Shown piece after piece: positions 1-21,113 of a DNA stretch of 64,000 bases. Source of the DNA: Antedon mediterranea (taxonomy: Eukaryota > Animalia > Echinodermata). The stretch lies in NCBI RefSeq assembly GCF_964355755.1, contig NC_092671.1, positions 25,928,070 to 25,992,069 on the forward strand, read 5' to 3'. Both the position numbers and the translations under genes were made by a program. Below the pieces are notes generated by a model that was not told the origin of the DNA, ran no database searches, and saw nothing but the letters and a program-made list of their open reading frames with translations. Each line of letters opens with the position of its first letter. Position 1 is the stretch's first letter.

Positions 1-1460
1 AATGAAGAATCTGGGAAGTTTACAATCAAGCAACAACACCACATTCTACGTGAATTCTGCTGTACGTGAACTAGCCTTAATACCGCCTGATTACGGTATA
101 TAGGCCTATCAGTATTAGCTTCAGAATAAATGACGACGCATTTGTTGTACCTTGATAGACAGAGCCCCAAGCAGACAGCCCACATTACAGATAATCTGTT
201 CTGCAGCACAATACAACTGTACACGCGGTGTGATTCAACTAAAAGCAGTAAAAAGATTTTGGCACACAAGGCGTATCATATAATTTGCGGACCATGACCG
301 AAGCACTTCCGCTTCGATCTATTCGACGAAAATCAAAAAAGGATAACTATTTTCTGCTTTATACTTAATTTAATGTAATGGTGATCTAATAACAGGCGTA
401 ACAACACATAATACATATTGTAGTTTAATACTGGCTTAAATATTTTTGTTTTATATAAACTGTATTCTAAAAAATGACAATTTAGAACTTAATTTTGCAA
501 TAGTACCTAATTTGGCGCCTTAAACGCCAAATTAAGTGCGGTACCTCATTTGGCAGTGGTACCTCATTTGGCGTGACACTCCTACTGTTCTCTATCCCGT
601 TTGTCTTAATTTCCAAGTAAAAATGAGGTACCACCACGTAACTCCTTATGATTAGGCCTATTATCATAGAAGAGTACTATACGGACGTCGTACCTGGAAA
701 TCACGAGAATTCAGTGTTTGTTGACCAATCATTTTTTAAAGAGCCGTATCTGACCATTGCATTGCCCTGTCTGTAAAATTACAGCAGGCCTACTTTATAT
801 TATTGTGTTTTCCCTGTTTATCGATACCATGAAGGAAAACGTTTTTGTTCAATCAGAAAACTTTGCGAGATTTTTTTTAATGGATATTATAATTTATAGT
901 TAGTCACCTGATTTTTGTGGCAAATCATTAATAGTTTTGACATTGTTAGGGTTAGGGACTATAAGACAGATTTTGGTTGCATGATTGTGGAAAACCATCA
1001 ATGTGGGTTTTTCTTCATACAAGCTACAGCCAAAATATAATAGGGGTATATATTTTTTCAAAGTCATCGTCAAACTCTGAGAGTCAATACAGTATTTCAA
1101 ACGCATTCTTTCACCTCTAATTGCTCACATTTAATTAATAATATACTGAAATAAATTCGAGAAAACATTAACTTATTGTGTTTTGTTTTATTTATTGATC
1201 GTTGTTTATCGTTTGTAAACCACAGAAAACCACAACTATAAAGAATAAAACATAAATTCACAAAATGCAACAAATTAATACAGTATTTGCGAGTGCAATC
1301 ATGAAACATTAATATTATAAGTACTTTATCGAAACATATAAAAATAATTGTGCAGATAATAGCACGTTGATATAAAATTCGTTCTATTTACAAGGAATTC
1401 ATTTAATATTTAAATTTATTTCAAACGAGTTTTATCCGGAAGATTCGGTAATTGAGTTGT

Positions 1461-1700
<240 letters not shown>

Positions 1701-3370
1701 CTAAAGCCTTGTTGGAATTTAAGGTACAGGTGAATCATTGAATTATCATATAATTTGCGGACCATGACCGAAGCACTTCCGCTTCGATCTATTCGACGAA
1801 AATAAAAAAAGGATAACTATTTTCTGCTTTATACTTAATTTAATGTAATGGTGATCTAATAACAGGCGTAACAACACATAATACATATTGTAGTTTAATA
1901 CTGGCTTAAATATTTTTGTTTTATATAAACTGTATTCTAAAAAATAGTTCTTTTCTAATGAAGAATCTGGGAAGTTTACAATCAAGCAACAACACCACAT
2001 TCTACGTGAATTCTGCTGTACGTGAACTAGCCTTAATACCGCCTGATTACGGTATATAGGCCTATCAGTATTAGCTTCAGAATAAATGACGACGCATTTG
2101 TTGTACCTTGATAGACAGAGCCCCAAGCAGACAGCCCACATTACAGATAATCTGTTCTGCAGCACAATACAACTGTACACGCGGTGTGATTCAACTAAAA
2201 GCAGTAAAAAGATTTTGGCACACAAGGCGTATCATATAATTTGCGGACCATGACCGAAGCACTTCCGCTTCGATCTATTCGACGAAAATCAAAAAAGGAT
2301 AACTATTTTCTGCTTTATACTTAATTTAATGTAATGGTGATCTAATAACAGGCGTAACAACACATAATACATATTGTAGTTTAATACTGGCTTAAATATT
2401 TTTGTTTTATATAAACTGTATTCTAAAAAATGACAATTTAGAACTTAATTTTGCAATAGTACCTAATTTGGCGCCTTAAACGCCAAATTAAGTGCGGTAC
2501 CTCATTTGGCAGTGGTACCTCATTTGGCGTGACACTCCTACTGTTCTCTATCCCGTTTGTCTTAATTTCCAAGTAAAAATGAGGTACCACCACGTAACTC
2601 CTTATGATTAGGCCTATTATCATAGAAGAGTACTATACGGACGTCGTACCTGGAAATCACGAGAATTCAGTGTTTGTTGACCAATCATTTTTTAAAGAGC
2701 CGTATCTGACCATTGCATTGCCCTGTCTGTAAAATTACAGCAGGCCTACTTTATATTATTGTGTTTTCCCTGTTTATCGATACCATGAAGGAAAACGTTT
2801 TTGTTCAATCAGAAAACTTTGCGAGATTTTTTTTAATGGATATTATAATTTATAGTTAGTCACCTGATTTTTGTGGCAAATCATTAATAGTTTTGACATT
2901 GTTAGGGTTAGGGACTATAAGACAGATTTTGGTTGCATGATTGTGGAAAACCATCAATGTGGGTTTTTCTTCATACAAGCTACAGCCAAAATATAATAGG
3001 GGTATATATTTTTTCAAAGTCATCGTCAAACTCTGAGAGTCAATACAGTATTTCAAACGCATTCTTTCACCTCTAATTGCTCACATTTAATTAATAATAT
3101 ACTGAAATAAATTCGAGAAAACATTAACTTATTGTGTTTTGTTTTATTTATTGATCGTTGTTTATCGTTTGTAAACCACAGAAAACCACAACTATAAAGA
3201 ATAAAACATAAATTCACAAAATGCAACAAATTAATACAGTATTTGCGAGTGCAATCATGAAACATTAATATTATAAGTACTTTATCGAAACATATAAAAA
3301 TAATTGTGCAGATAATAGCACGTTGATATAAAATTCGTTCTATTTACAAGGAATTCATTTAATATTTAAA

Positions 3371-3376
3371 TTTATT
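3371..3376 (-). promoter_or_regulatory. Candidate polyadenylation signal AATAAA 40 nt after the KLF stop (recurs at the equivalent site in other units)
   Basis: tttatt on + strand. Other AATAAA copies lie further downstream, so the site actually used is uncertain. Confidence 0.4.
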
Positions 3377-3416
3377 TCAAACGAGTTTTATCCGGAAGAT
3401 TCGGTAATTGAGTTGT

Positions 3417-4292
<876 letters not shown>

Positions 4293-4335
4293 CTAAAGCC
4301 TTGTTGGAATTTAAGGTACAGGTGAATCATTGAAT

Positions 4336-5023
4336 TATCATATAATTTGCGGACCATGACCGAAGCACTTCCGCTTCGATCTATTCGACGAAAATAAAAA
4401 AAGGATAACTATTTTCTGCTTTATACTTAATTTAATGTAATGGTGATCTAATAACAGGCGTAACAACACATAATACATATTGTAGTTTAATACTGGCTTA
4501 AATATTTTTGTTTTATATAAACTGTATTCTAAAAAATAGTTCTTTTCTAATGAAGAATCTGGGAAGTTTACAATCAAGCAACAACACCACATTCTACGTG
4601 AATTCTGCTGTACGTGAACTAGCCTTAATACCGCCTGATTACGGTATATAGGCCTATCAGTATTAGCTTCAGAATAAATGACGACGCATTTGTTGTACCT
4701 TGATAGACAGAGCCCCAAGCAGACAGCCCACATTACAGATAATCTGTTCTGCAGCACAATACAACTGTACACGCGGTGTGATTCAACTAAAAGCAGTAAA
4801 AAGATTTTGGCACACAAGGCGTATCATATAATTTGCGGACCATGACCGAAGCACTTCCGCTTCGATCTATTCGACGAAAATCAAAAAAGGATAACTATTT
4901 TCTGCTTTATACTTAATTTAATGTAATGGTGATCTAATAACAGGCGTAACAACACATAATACATATTGTAGTTTAATACTGGCTTAAATATTTTTGTTTT
5001 ATATAAACTGTATTCTAAAAAAT
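4336..5023. repeat. Internal 202-bp direct repeat (4336-4537 and 4822-5023) flanking a 284-bp spacer, immediately upstream of KLF (representative unit)
   Basis: tatcatataatttgcggacc...gtattctaaaaaat occurs twice per full unit. Several units keep only one copy and lack the spacer. Confidence 0.93.
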
Positions 5024-6008
5024 GACAATTTAGAACTTAATTTTGCAATAGTACCTAATTTGGCGCCTTAAACGCCAAATTAAGTGCGGTACCTCATTTG
5101 GCAGTGGTACCTCATTTGGCGTGACACTCCTACTGTTCTCTATCCCGTTTGTCTTAATTTCCAAGTAAAAATGAGGTACCACCACGTAACTCCTTATGAT
5201 TAGGCCTATTATCATAGAAGAGTACTATACGGACGTCGTACCTGGAAATCACGAGAATTCAGTGTTTGTTGACCAATCATTTTTTAAAGAGCCGTATCTG
5301 ACCATTGCATTGCCCAGTCTGTAAAATTACAGCAGGCCTACTTTATATTATTGTGTTTTCCCTGTTTATCGATACCATGAAGGAAAACGTTTTTGTTCAA
5401 TCAGAAAACTTTGCGAGATTTTTTTTAATGGATATTATAATTTATAGTTAGTCACCTGATTTTTGTGGCAAATCATTAATAGTTTTGACATTGTTAGGGT
5501 TAGGGACTATAAGACAGATTTTGGTTGCATGATTGTGGAAAACCATCAATGTGGGTTTTTCTTCATACAAGCTACAGCCAAAATATAATAGGGGTATATA
5601 TTTTTTCAAAGTCATCGTCAAACGCTGAGAGTCAATACAGTATTTCAAACGCATTCTTTCACCTCTAATTGCTCACATTTAATTAATAATATACTGAAAT
5701 AAATTCGAGAAAACATTAACTTATTGTGTTTTGTTTTATTTATTGATCGTTGTTTATCGTTTGTAAACCACAGAAAACCACAACTATAAAGAATAAAACA
5801 TAAATTCACAAAATGCAACAAATTAATACAGTATTTGCGAGTGCAATCATGAAACATTAATATTATAAGTACTTTATCGAAACATATAAACATAATTGTG
5901 CAGATAATAGCACGTTGATATAAAATTCGTTCTATTTACAAGGAATTCGTTTAATATTTAAATTTATTTCAAACGAGTTTTATCCGGAAGATTCGGTAAT
6001 TGAGTTGT

Positions 6009-6884
<876 letters not shown>

Positions 6885-8119
6885 CTAAAGCCTTGTTGGA
6901 ATTTAAGGTACAGGTGAATCATTGAATTATCATATAATTTGCGGACCATGACCGAAGCACTTCCGCTTCGATCTATTCGACGAAAATAAAAAAAAGGATA
7001 ACTATTTTCTGCTTTATACTTAATTTAATGTAATGGTGATCTAATAACAGGCGTAACAACACATAATACATATTGTAGTTTAATACTGGCTTAAATATTT
7101 TTGTTTTATATAAACTGTATTCTAAAAAATGACAATTTAGAACTTAATTTTGCAATAGTACCTAATTTGGCGCCTTAAACGCCAAATTAAGTGCGGTACC
7201 TCATTTGGCAGTGGTACCTCATTTGGCGTGACACTCCTACTGTTCTGTATCCCGTTTGTCTTAATTTCCAAGTAAAAATGAGGTACCACCACGTAACTCC
7301 TTATGATTAGGCCTATTATCATAGAAGAGTACTATACGGACGTCGTACCTGGAAATCACGAGAATTCAGTGTTTGTTGACCAATCATTTTTTAAAGAGCC
7401 GTATCTGACCATTGCATTGCCCTGTCTGTAAAATTACAGCAGGCCTACTTTATATAATTGTGTTTTCCCTGTTTATCGATACCATGAAGGAAAACGTTTT
7501 TGTTCAATCAGAAAATTTTGCGAGATTTTTTTAATGGATATTATAATTTATAGTTACAGTTAGTCACCTGATTTTTGTGGCAAATCATTAATAGTTTTGA
7601 CATTGTTAGGGTTAGGGACTATAAGACAGATTTTGGTTGCATGATTGTGGAAAACCATCAATGTGGGTTTTTCTTCATACAAGCTACAGCCAAAATATAA
7701 TAGGGGTATATATTTTTTCAAAGTCATCGTCAAACGCTGAGAGTCAATACAGTATTTCAAACGCATTCTTTCACCTCTAATTGCTCACATTTAATTAATA
7801 ATATACTGAAATAAATTCGAGAAAACATTAACTTATTGTGTTTTGTTTTATTTATTGATCGTTGTTTATCGTTTGTAAACCACAGAAAACCACAACTATA
7901 AAGAATAAAACATAAATTCACAAAATGCAACAAATTAATACAGTATTTGCGAGTGCAATCATGAAACATTAATATTATAAGTACTTTATCGAAACATATA
8001 AACATAATTGTGCAGATAATAGCACGTTGATATAAATTCGTTCTATTTACAAGGAATTCATTTAATATTTAAATTTATTTCAAACGAGTTTTATCCGGAA
8101 GATTCGGTAATTGAGTTGT

Positions 8120-8995
<876 letters not shown>

Positions 8996-9839
8996 CTAAA
9001 GCCTTGTTGGAATTTAAGGTACAGGTGAATCATTGAATTATCATATAATTTGCGGACCATGACCGAAGCACTTCCGCTTCGATCTATTCGACGAAAATAA
9101 AAAAAAGGATAACTATTTTCTGCTTTATACTTAATTTAATGTAATGGTGATCTAATAACAGGCGTAACAACACATAATACATATTGTAGTTTAATACTGG
9201 CTTAAATATTTTTGTTTTATATAAACTGTATTCTAAAAAATGACAATTTAGAACTTAATTTTGCAATAGTACCTAATTTGGCGCCTTAAACGCCAAATTA
9301 AGTGCGGTACCTCATTTGGCAGTGGTACCTCATTTGGCGTGACACTCCTACTGTTCTGTATCCCGTTTGTCTTAATTTCCAAGTAAAAATGAGGTACCAC
9401 CACGTAACTCCTTATGATTAGGCCTATTATCATAGAAGAGTACTATACGGACGTCGTACCTGGAAATCACGAGAATTCAGTGTTTGTTGACCAATCATTT
9501 TTTAAAGAGCCGTATCTGACCATTGCATTGCCCTGTCTGTAAAATTACAGCAGGCCTACTTTATATAATTGTGTTTTCCCTGTTTATCGATACCATGAAG
9601 GAAAACGTTTTTGTTCAATCAGAAAATTTTGCGAGATTTTTTTAATGGATATTATAATTTATAGTTACAGTTAGTCACCTGATTTTTGTGGCAAATCATT
9701 AATAGTTTTGACATTGTTAGGGTTAGGGACTATAAGACAGATTTTGGTTGCATGATTGTGGAAAACCATCAATGTGGGTTTTTCGTCAAACGCTGAGAGT
9801 CAATACAGTATTTCAAACGCATTCTTTCACCTCTAATTG

Positions 9840-9908
9840 CATTTGTGGCATATAAATCCTCGGCACATAATAATATGGTGTTTCCCCGCAGTAATAGTGG
9901 TAAGCCAT
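9840..9908 (-). pseudogene. KLF2/4: KLF 5' remnant (first ~23 codons only)
   Basis: Junction ctctaattgc|atttgtggcata removes the rest of the CDS and part of the 3' region. Confidence 0.88.
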
Positions 9909-11671
9909 TTCTATACGTCCCCGCACTACGATTTTTTCAAACAGAATGTGTGATTGCTAAAGCCTTGTTGGAATTTAAGGTACAGGTGAATCATTGAATT
10001 ATCATATAATTTGCGGACCATGACCGAAGCACTTCCGCTTCGATCTATTTGACGAAAATCAAAAAAGGATAACTATTTTCTGCTTTATACTTAATTTAAT
10101 GTAATGGTGATCTAATAACAGGCGTAACAACACATAATACATATTGTAGTTTAATACTGGCTTAAATATTTTTGTTTTATATAAACTGTATTCTAAAAAA
10201 TAGTTCTTTTCTAATGAAGAATCTGGGAAGTTTACAATCAAGCAACAACACCACATTCTACGTGAATTCTGCTGTACGTGAACTAGCCTTAATACCGCCT
10301 GATTACGGTATATAGGCCTATCAGTATTAGCTTCAGAATAAATGACGACGCATTTGTTGTACCTTGATAGACAGAGCCCCAAGCAGACAGCCCACATTAC
10401 AGATAATCTGTTCTGCAGCACAATACAACTGTACACGCGGTGTGATTCAACTAAAAGCAGTAAAAAGATTTTGGCACACAAGGCGTATCATATAATTTGC
10501 GGACCATGACCGAAGCACTTCCGCTTCGATCTATTCGACGAAAATCAAAAAAGGATAACTATTTTCTGCTTTATACTTAATTTAATGTAATGGTGATCTA
10601 ATAACAGGCGTAACAACACATAATACATATTGTAGTTTAATACTGGCTTAAATATTTTTGTTTTATATAAACTGTATTCTAAAAAATGACAATTTAGAAC
10701 TTAATTTTGCAATAGTACCTAATTTGGCGCCTTAAACGCCAAATTAAGTGCGGTACCTCATTTGGCAGTGGTACCTCATTTGGCGTGACACTCCTACTGT
10801 TCTGTATCCCGTTTGTCTTAATTTCCAAGTAAAAATGAGGTACCACCACGTAACTCCTTATGATTAGGCCTATTATCATAGAAGAGTACTATACGGACGT
10901 CGTACCTGGAAATCACGAGAATTCAGTGTTTGTTGACCAATCATTTTTTAAAGAGCCGTATCTGACCATTGCATTGCCCAGTCTGTAAAATTACAGCAGG
11001 CCTACTTTATATTATTGTGTTTTCCCTGTTTATCGATACCATGAAGGAAAACGTTTTTGTTCAATCAGAAAACTTTGCGAGATTTTTTTTAATGGATATT
11101 ATAATTTATAGTTAGTCACCTGATTTTTGTGGCAAATCATTAATAGTTTTGACATTGTTAGGGTTAGGGACTATAAGACAGATTTTGGTTGCATGATTGT
11201 GGAAAACCATCAATGTGGGTTTTTCTTCATACAAGCTACAGCCAAAATATAATAGGGGTATATATTTTTTCAAAGTCATCGTCAAACGCTGAGAGTCAAT
11301 ACAGTATTTCAAACGCATTCTTTCACCTCTAATTGCTCACATTTAATTAATAATATACTGAAATAAATTCGAGAAAACATTAACTTATTGTGTTTTGTTT
11401 TATTTATTGATCGTTGTTTATCGTTTGTAAACCACAGAAAACCACAACTCTAAAGAATAAAACATAAATTCACAAAATGCAACAAATTAATACAGTATTT
11501 GCGAGTGCAATCATGAAACATTAATATTATAAGTACTTTATCGAAACATATAAACATAATTGTGCAGATAATAGCACGTTGATATAAATTCGTTCTATTT
11601 ACAAGGAATTCATTTAATATTTAAATTTATTTCAAACGAGTTTTATCCGGAAGATTCGGTAATTGAGTTGT

Positions 11672-12031
<360 letters not shown>

Positions 12032-13001
12032 TTAATTTTGCAATAGTACCTAATTTGGCGCCTTAAACCCAAATAAAGTGCGGTACCTCATTTGGCAGTG
12101 GTACCTCATTTGGCGTGACACCCCTACTGTTCTGTATCCCGTTTGTCTTAATTTCCAAGTAAAAATGAGGTACCACCACGTAACTCCTTATGATTAGGCC
12201 TATTATCATAGAAGAGTACTATACGGACGTCGTACCTGGAAATCACGGGAATTCAGTGTTTGTTGACCAATCATTTTTTAAAGAGCCGTATCTGACCATT
12301 GCATTGCCCAGTCTGTAAAATTACAGCAGGCCTACTTTATATTATTGTGTTTTCCCTGTTTATCGATACCATGAAGGAAAACGTTTTTGTTCAATCAGAA
12401 AACTTTGCGAGATTTTTTTTAATGGATATTATAATTTATAGTTAGTCACCTGATTTTTGTGGCAAATCATTAATAGTTTTGACATTGTTAGGGTTAGGGA
12501 CTATAAGACAGATTTTGGTTGCATGATTGTGGAAAACCATCAATGTGGGTTTTTCTTCATACAAGCTACAGCCAAAATATAATAGGGGTATATATTTTTT
12601 CAAAGTCATCGTCAAACGCTGAGAGTCAATACAGTATTTCAAACGCATTCTTTCACCTCTAATTGCTCACATTTAATTAATAATATACTGAAATAAATTC
12701 GAGAAAACATTAACTTATTGTGTTTTGTTTTATTTATTGATCGTTGTTTATCGTTTGTAAACCACAGAAAACCACAACTATAAAGAATAAAACATAAATT
12801 CACAAAATGCAACAAATTAATACAGTATTTGCGAGTGCAATCATGAAACATTAATATTATAAGTACTTTATCGAAACATATAAACATAATTGTGCAGATA
12901 ATAGCACGTTGATATAAATTCGTTCTATTTACAAGGAATTCATTTAATATTTAAATTTATTTCAAACGAGTTTTATCCGGAAGATTCGGTAATTGAGTTG
13001 T

Positions 13002-13877
<876 letters not shown>

Positions 13878-15057
13878 CTAAAGCCTTGTTGGAATTTAAG
13901 GTACAGGTGAATCATTGAATTATCATATAATTTGCGGACCATGACCGAAGCACTTCCGCTTCGATCTATTCGACGAAAATAAAAAAAAGGATAACTATTT
14001 TCTGCTTTATACTTAATTTAATGTAATGGTGATCTAATAACAGGCGTAACAACACATAATACATATTGTAGTTTAATACTGGCTTAAATATTTTTGTTTT
14101 ATATAAACTGTATTCTAAAAAATGACAATTTAGAACTTAATTTTGCAATAGTACCTAATTTGGCGCCTTAAACGCCAAATTAAGTGCGGTACCTCATTTG
14201 GCAGTGGTACCTCATTTGGCGTGACACTCCTACTGTTCTGTATCCCGTTTGTCTTAATTTCCAAGTAAAAATGAGGTACCACCACGTAACTCCTTATGAT
14301 TAGGCCTATTATCATAGAAGAGTACTATACGGACGTCGTACCTGGAAATCACGAGAATTCAGTGTTTGTTGACCAATCATTTTTTAAAGAGCCGTATCTG
14401 ACCATTGCATTGCCCTGTCTGTAAAATTACAGCAGGCCTACTTTATATAATTGTGTTTTCCCTGTTTATCGATACCATGAAGGAAAACGTTTTTGTTCAA
14501 TCAGAAAATTTTGCGAGATTTTTTTAATGGATATTATAATTTATAGTTACAGTTAGTCACCTGATTTTTGTGGCAAATCATTAATAGTTTTGACATTGTT
14601 AGGGTTAGGGACTATAAGACAGATTTTGGTTGCATGATTGTGGAAAACCATCAATGTGGGTTTTTCGTCAAACGCTGAGAGTCAATACAGTATTTCAAAC
14701 GCATTCTTTCACCTCTAATTGCTCACATTTAATTAATAATATACTGAAATAAATTCGAGAAAACATTAACTTATTGTGTTTTGTTTTATTTATTGATCGT
14801 TGTTTATCGTTTGTAAACCACAGAAAACCACAACTATAAAGAATAAAACATAAATTCACAAAATGCAACAAATTAATACAGTATTTGCGAGTGCAATCAT
14901 GAAACATTAATATTATAAGTACTTTATCGAAACATATAAACATAATTGTGCAGATAATAGCACGTTGATATAAAATTCGTTCTATTTACAAGGAATTCAT
15001 TTAATATTTAAATTTATTTCAAACGAGTTTATCCGGAAGATTCGGTAATTGAGTTGT

Positions 15058-15933
<876 letters not shown>

Positions 15934-17647
15934 CTAAAGCCTTGTTGGAATTTAAGGTACAGGTGAATCATTGAATTATCATATAATTTGCGGACCATGA
16001 CCGAAGCACTTCCGCTTCGATCTATTCGACGAAAATCAAAAAAGGATAACTATTTTCTGCTTTATACTTAATTTAATGTAATGGTGATCTAATAACAGGC
16101 GTAACAACACATAATACATATTGTAGTTTAATACTGGCTTAAATATTTTTGTTTTATATAAACTGTATTCTAAAAAATAGTTCTTTTCTAATGAAGAATC
16201 TGGGAAGTTTACAATCAAGCAACAACACCACATTCTACGTGAATTCTGCTGTACGTGAACTAGCCTTAATACCGCCTGATTACGGTATATAGGCCTATCA
16301 GTATTAGCTTCAGAATAAATGACGACGCATTTGTTGTACCTTGATAGACAGAGCCCCAAGCAGACAGCCCACATTACAGATAATCTGTTCTGCAGCACAA
16401 TACAACTGTACACGCGGTGTGATTCAACTAAAAGCAGTAAAAAGATTTTGGCACACAAGGCGTATCATATAATTTGCGGACCATGACCGAAGCACTTCCG
16501 CTTCGATCTATTCGACGAAAATCAAAAAAGGATAACTATTTTCTGCTTTATACTTAATTTAATGTAATGGTGATCTAATAACAGGCGTAACAACACATAA
16601 TACATATTGTAGTTTAATACTGGCTTAAATATTTTTGTTTTATATAAACTGTATTCTAAAAAATGACAATTTAGAACTTAATTTTGCAATAGTACCTAAT
16701 TTGGCGCCTTAAACCCAAATAAAGTGCGGTACCTCATTTGGCAGTGGTACCTCATTTGGCGTGACACCCCTACTGTTCTGTATCCCGTTTGTCTTAATTT
16801 CCAAGTAAAAATGAGGTACCACCACGTAACTCCTTATGATTAGGCCTATTATCATAGAAGAGTACTATACGGACGTCGTACCTGGAAATCACGGGAATTC
16901 AGTGTTTGTTGACCAATCATTTTTTAAAGAGCCGTATCTGACCATTGCATTGCCCAGTCTGTAAAATTACAGCAGGCCTACTTTATATTATTGTGTTTTC
17001 CCTGTTTATCGATACCATGAAGGAAAACGTTTTTGTTCAATCAGAAAACTTTGCGAGATTTTTTTTAATGGATATTATAATTTATAGTTAGTCACCTGAT
17101 TTTTGTGGCAAATCATTAATAGTTTTGACATTGTTAGGGTTAGGGACTATAAGACAGATTTTGGTTGCATGATTGTGGAAAACCATCAATGTGGGTTTTT
17201 CTTCATACAAGCTACAGCCAAAATATAATAGGGGTATATATTTTTTCAAAGTCATCGTCAAACGCTGAGAGTCAATACAGTATTTCAAACGCATTCTTTC
17301 ACCTCTAATTGCTCACATTTAATTAATAATATACTGAAATAAATTCGAGAAAACATTAACTTATTGTGTTTTGTTTTATTTATTGATCGTTGTTTATCGT
17401 TTGTAAACCACAGAAAACCACAACTATAAAGAATAAAACATAAATTCACAAAATGCAACAAATTAATACAGTATTTGCGAGTGCAATCATGAAACATTAA
17501 TATTATAAGTACTTTATCGAAACATATAAACATAATTGTGCAGATAATAGCACGTTGATATAAATTCGTTCTATTTACAAGGAATTCATTTAATATTTAA
17601 ATTTATTTCAAACTAGTTTTATCCGGAAGATTCGGTAATTGAGTTGT

Positions 17648-18523
<876 letters not shown>

Positions 18524-20237
18524 CTAAAGCCTTGTTGGAATTTAAGGTACAGGTGAATCATTGAATTATCATATAATTTGCGGACCATGACCGAAGCACT
18601 TCCGCTTCGATCTATTCGACGAAAATCAAAAAAGGATAACTATTTTCTGCTTTATACTTAATTTAATGTAATGGTGATCTAATAACAGGCGTAACAACAC
18701 ATAATACATATTGTAGTTTAATACTGGCTTAAATATTTTTGTTTTATATAAACTGTATTCTAAAAAATAGTTCTTTTCTAATGAAGAATCTGGGAAGTTT
18801 ACAATCAAGCAACAACACCACATTCTACGTGAATTCTGCTGTACGTGAACTAGCCTTAATACCGCCTGATTACGGTATATAGGCCTATCAGTATTAGCTT
18901 CAGAATAAATGACGACGCATTTGTTGTACCTTGATAGACAGAGCCCCAAGCAGACAGCCCACATTACAGATAATCTGTTCTGCAGCACAATACAACTGTA
19001 CACGCGGTGTGATTCAACTAAAAGCAGTAAAAAGATTTTGGCACACAAGGCGTATCATATAATTTGCGGACCATGACCGAAGCACTTCCGCTTCGATCTA
19101 TTCGACGAAAATCAAAAAAGGATAACTATTTTCTGCTTTATACTTAATTTAATGTAATGGTGATCTAATAACAGGCGTAACAACACATAATACATATTGT
19201 AGTTTAATACTGGCTTAAATATTTTTGTTTTATATAAACTGTATTCTAAAAAATGACAATTTAGAACTTAATTTTGCAATAGTACCTAATTTGGCGCCTT
19301 AAACCCAAATAAAGTGCGGTACCTCATTTGGCAGTGGTACCTCATTTGGCGTGACACCCCTACTGTTCTGTATCCCGTTTGTCTTAATTTCCAAGTAAAA
19401 ATGAGGTACCACCACGTAACTCCTTATGATTAGGCCTATTATCATAGAAGAGTACTATACGGACGTCGTACCTGGAAATCACGGGAATTCAGTGTTTGTT
19501 GACCAATCATTTTTTAAAGAGCCGTATCTGACCATTGCATTGCCCAGTCTGTAAAATTACAGCAGGCCTACTTTATATTATTGTGTTTTCCCTGTTTATC
19601 GATACCATGAAGGAAAACGTTTTTGTTCAATCAGAAAACTTTGCGAGATTTTTTTTAATGGATATTATAATTTATAGTTAGTCACCTGATTTTTGTGGCA
19701 AATCATTAATAGTTTTGACATTGTTAGGGTTAGGGACTATAAGACAGATTTTGGTTGCATGATTGTGGAAAACCATCAATGTGGGTTTTTCTTCATACAA
19801 GCTACAGCCAAAATATAATAGGGGTATATATTTTTTCAAAGTCATCGTCAAACGCTGAGAGTCAATACAGTATTTCAAACGCATTCTTTCACCTCTAATT
19901 GCTCACATTTAATTAATAATATACTGAAATAAATTCGAGAAAACATTAACTTATTGTGTTTTGTTTTATTTATTGATCGTTGTTTATCGTTTGTAAACCA
20001 CAGAAAACCACAACTATAAAGAATAAAACATAAATTCACAAAATGCAACAAATTAATACAGTATTTGCGAGTGCAATCATGAAACATTAATATTATAAGT
20101 ACTTTATCGAAACATATAAACATAATTGTGCAGATAATAGCACGTTGATATAAATTCGTTCTATTTACAAGGAATTCATTTAATATTTAAATTTATTTCA
20201 AACTAGTTTTATCCGGAAGATTCGGTAATTGAGTTGT

Positions 20238-21113
<876 letters not shown>

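Noticed and set aside
540-572. Short direct repeats as a CRISPR array
   Set aside because: Eukaryotic context, only 2-3 adjacent repeats, no unique spacers and no cas genes.
945-957. ttagggttaggg as telomeric sequence
   Set aside because: Only two repeats per unit; not a telomere or interstitial telomeric array.
4336-5023. Repeat-spacer-repeat block as a TRIM or mini LTR element
   Set aside because: No TG...CA or other inverted termini, no PBS and no TSD; better explained as a local duplication.
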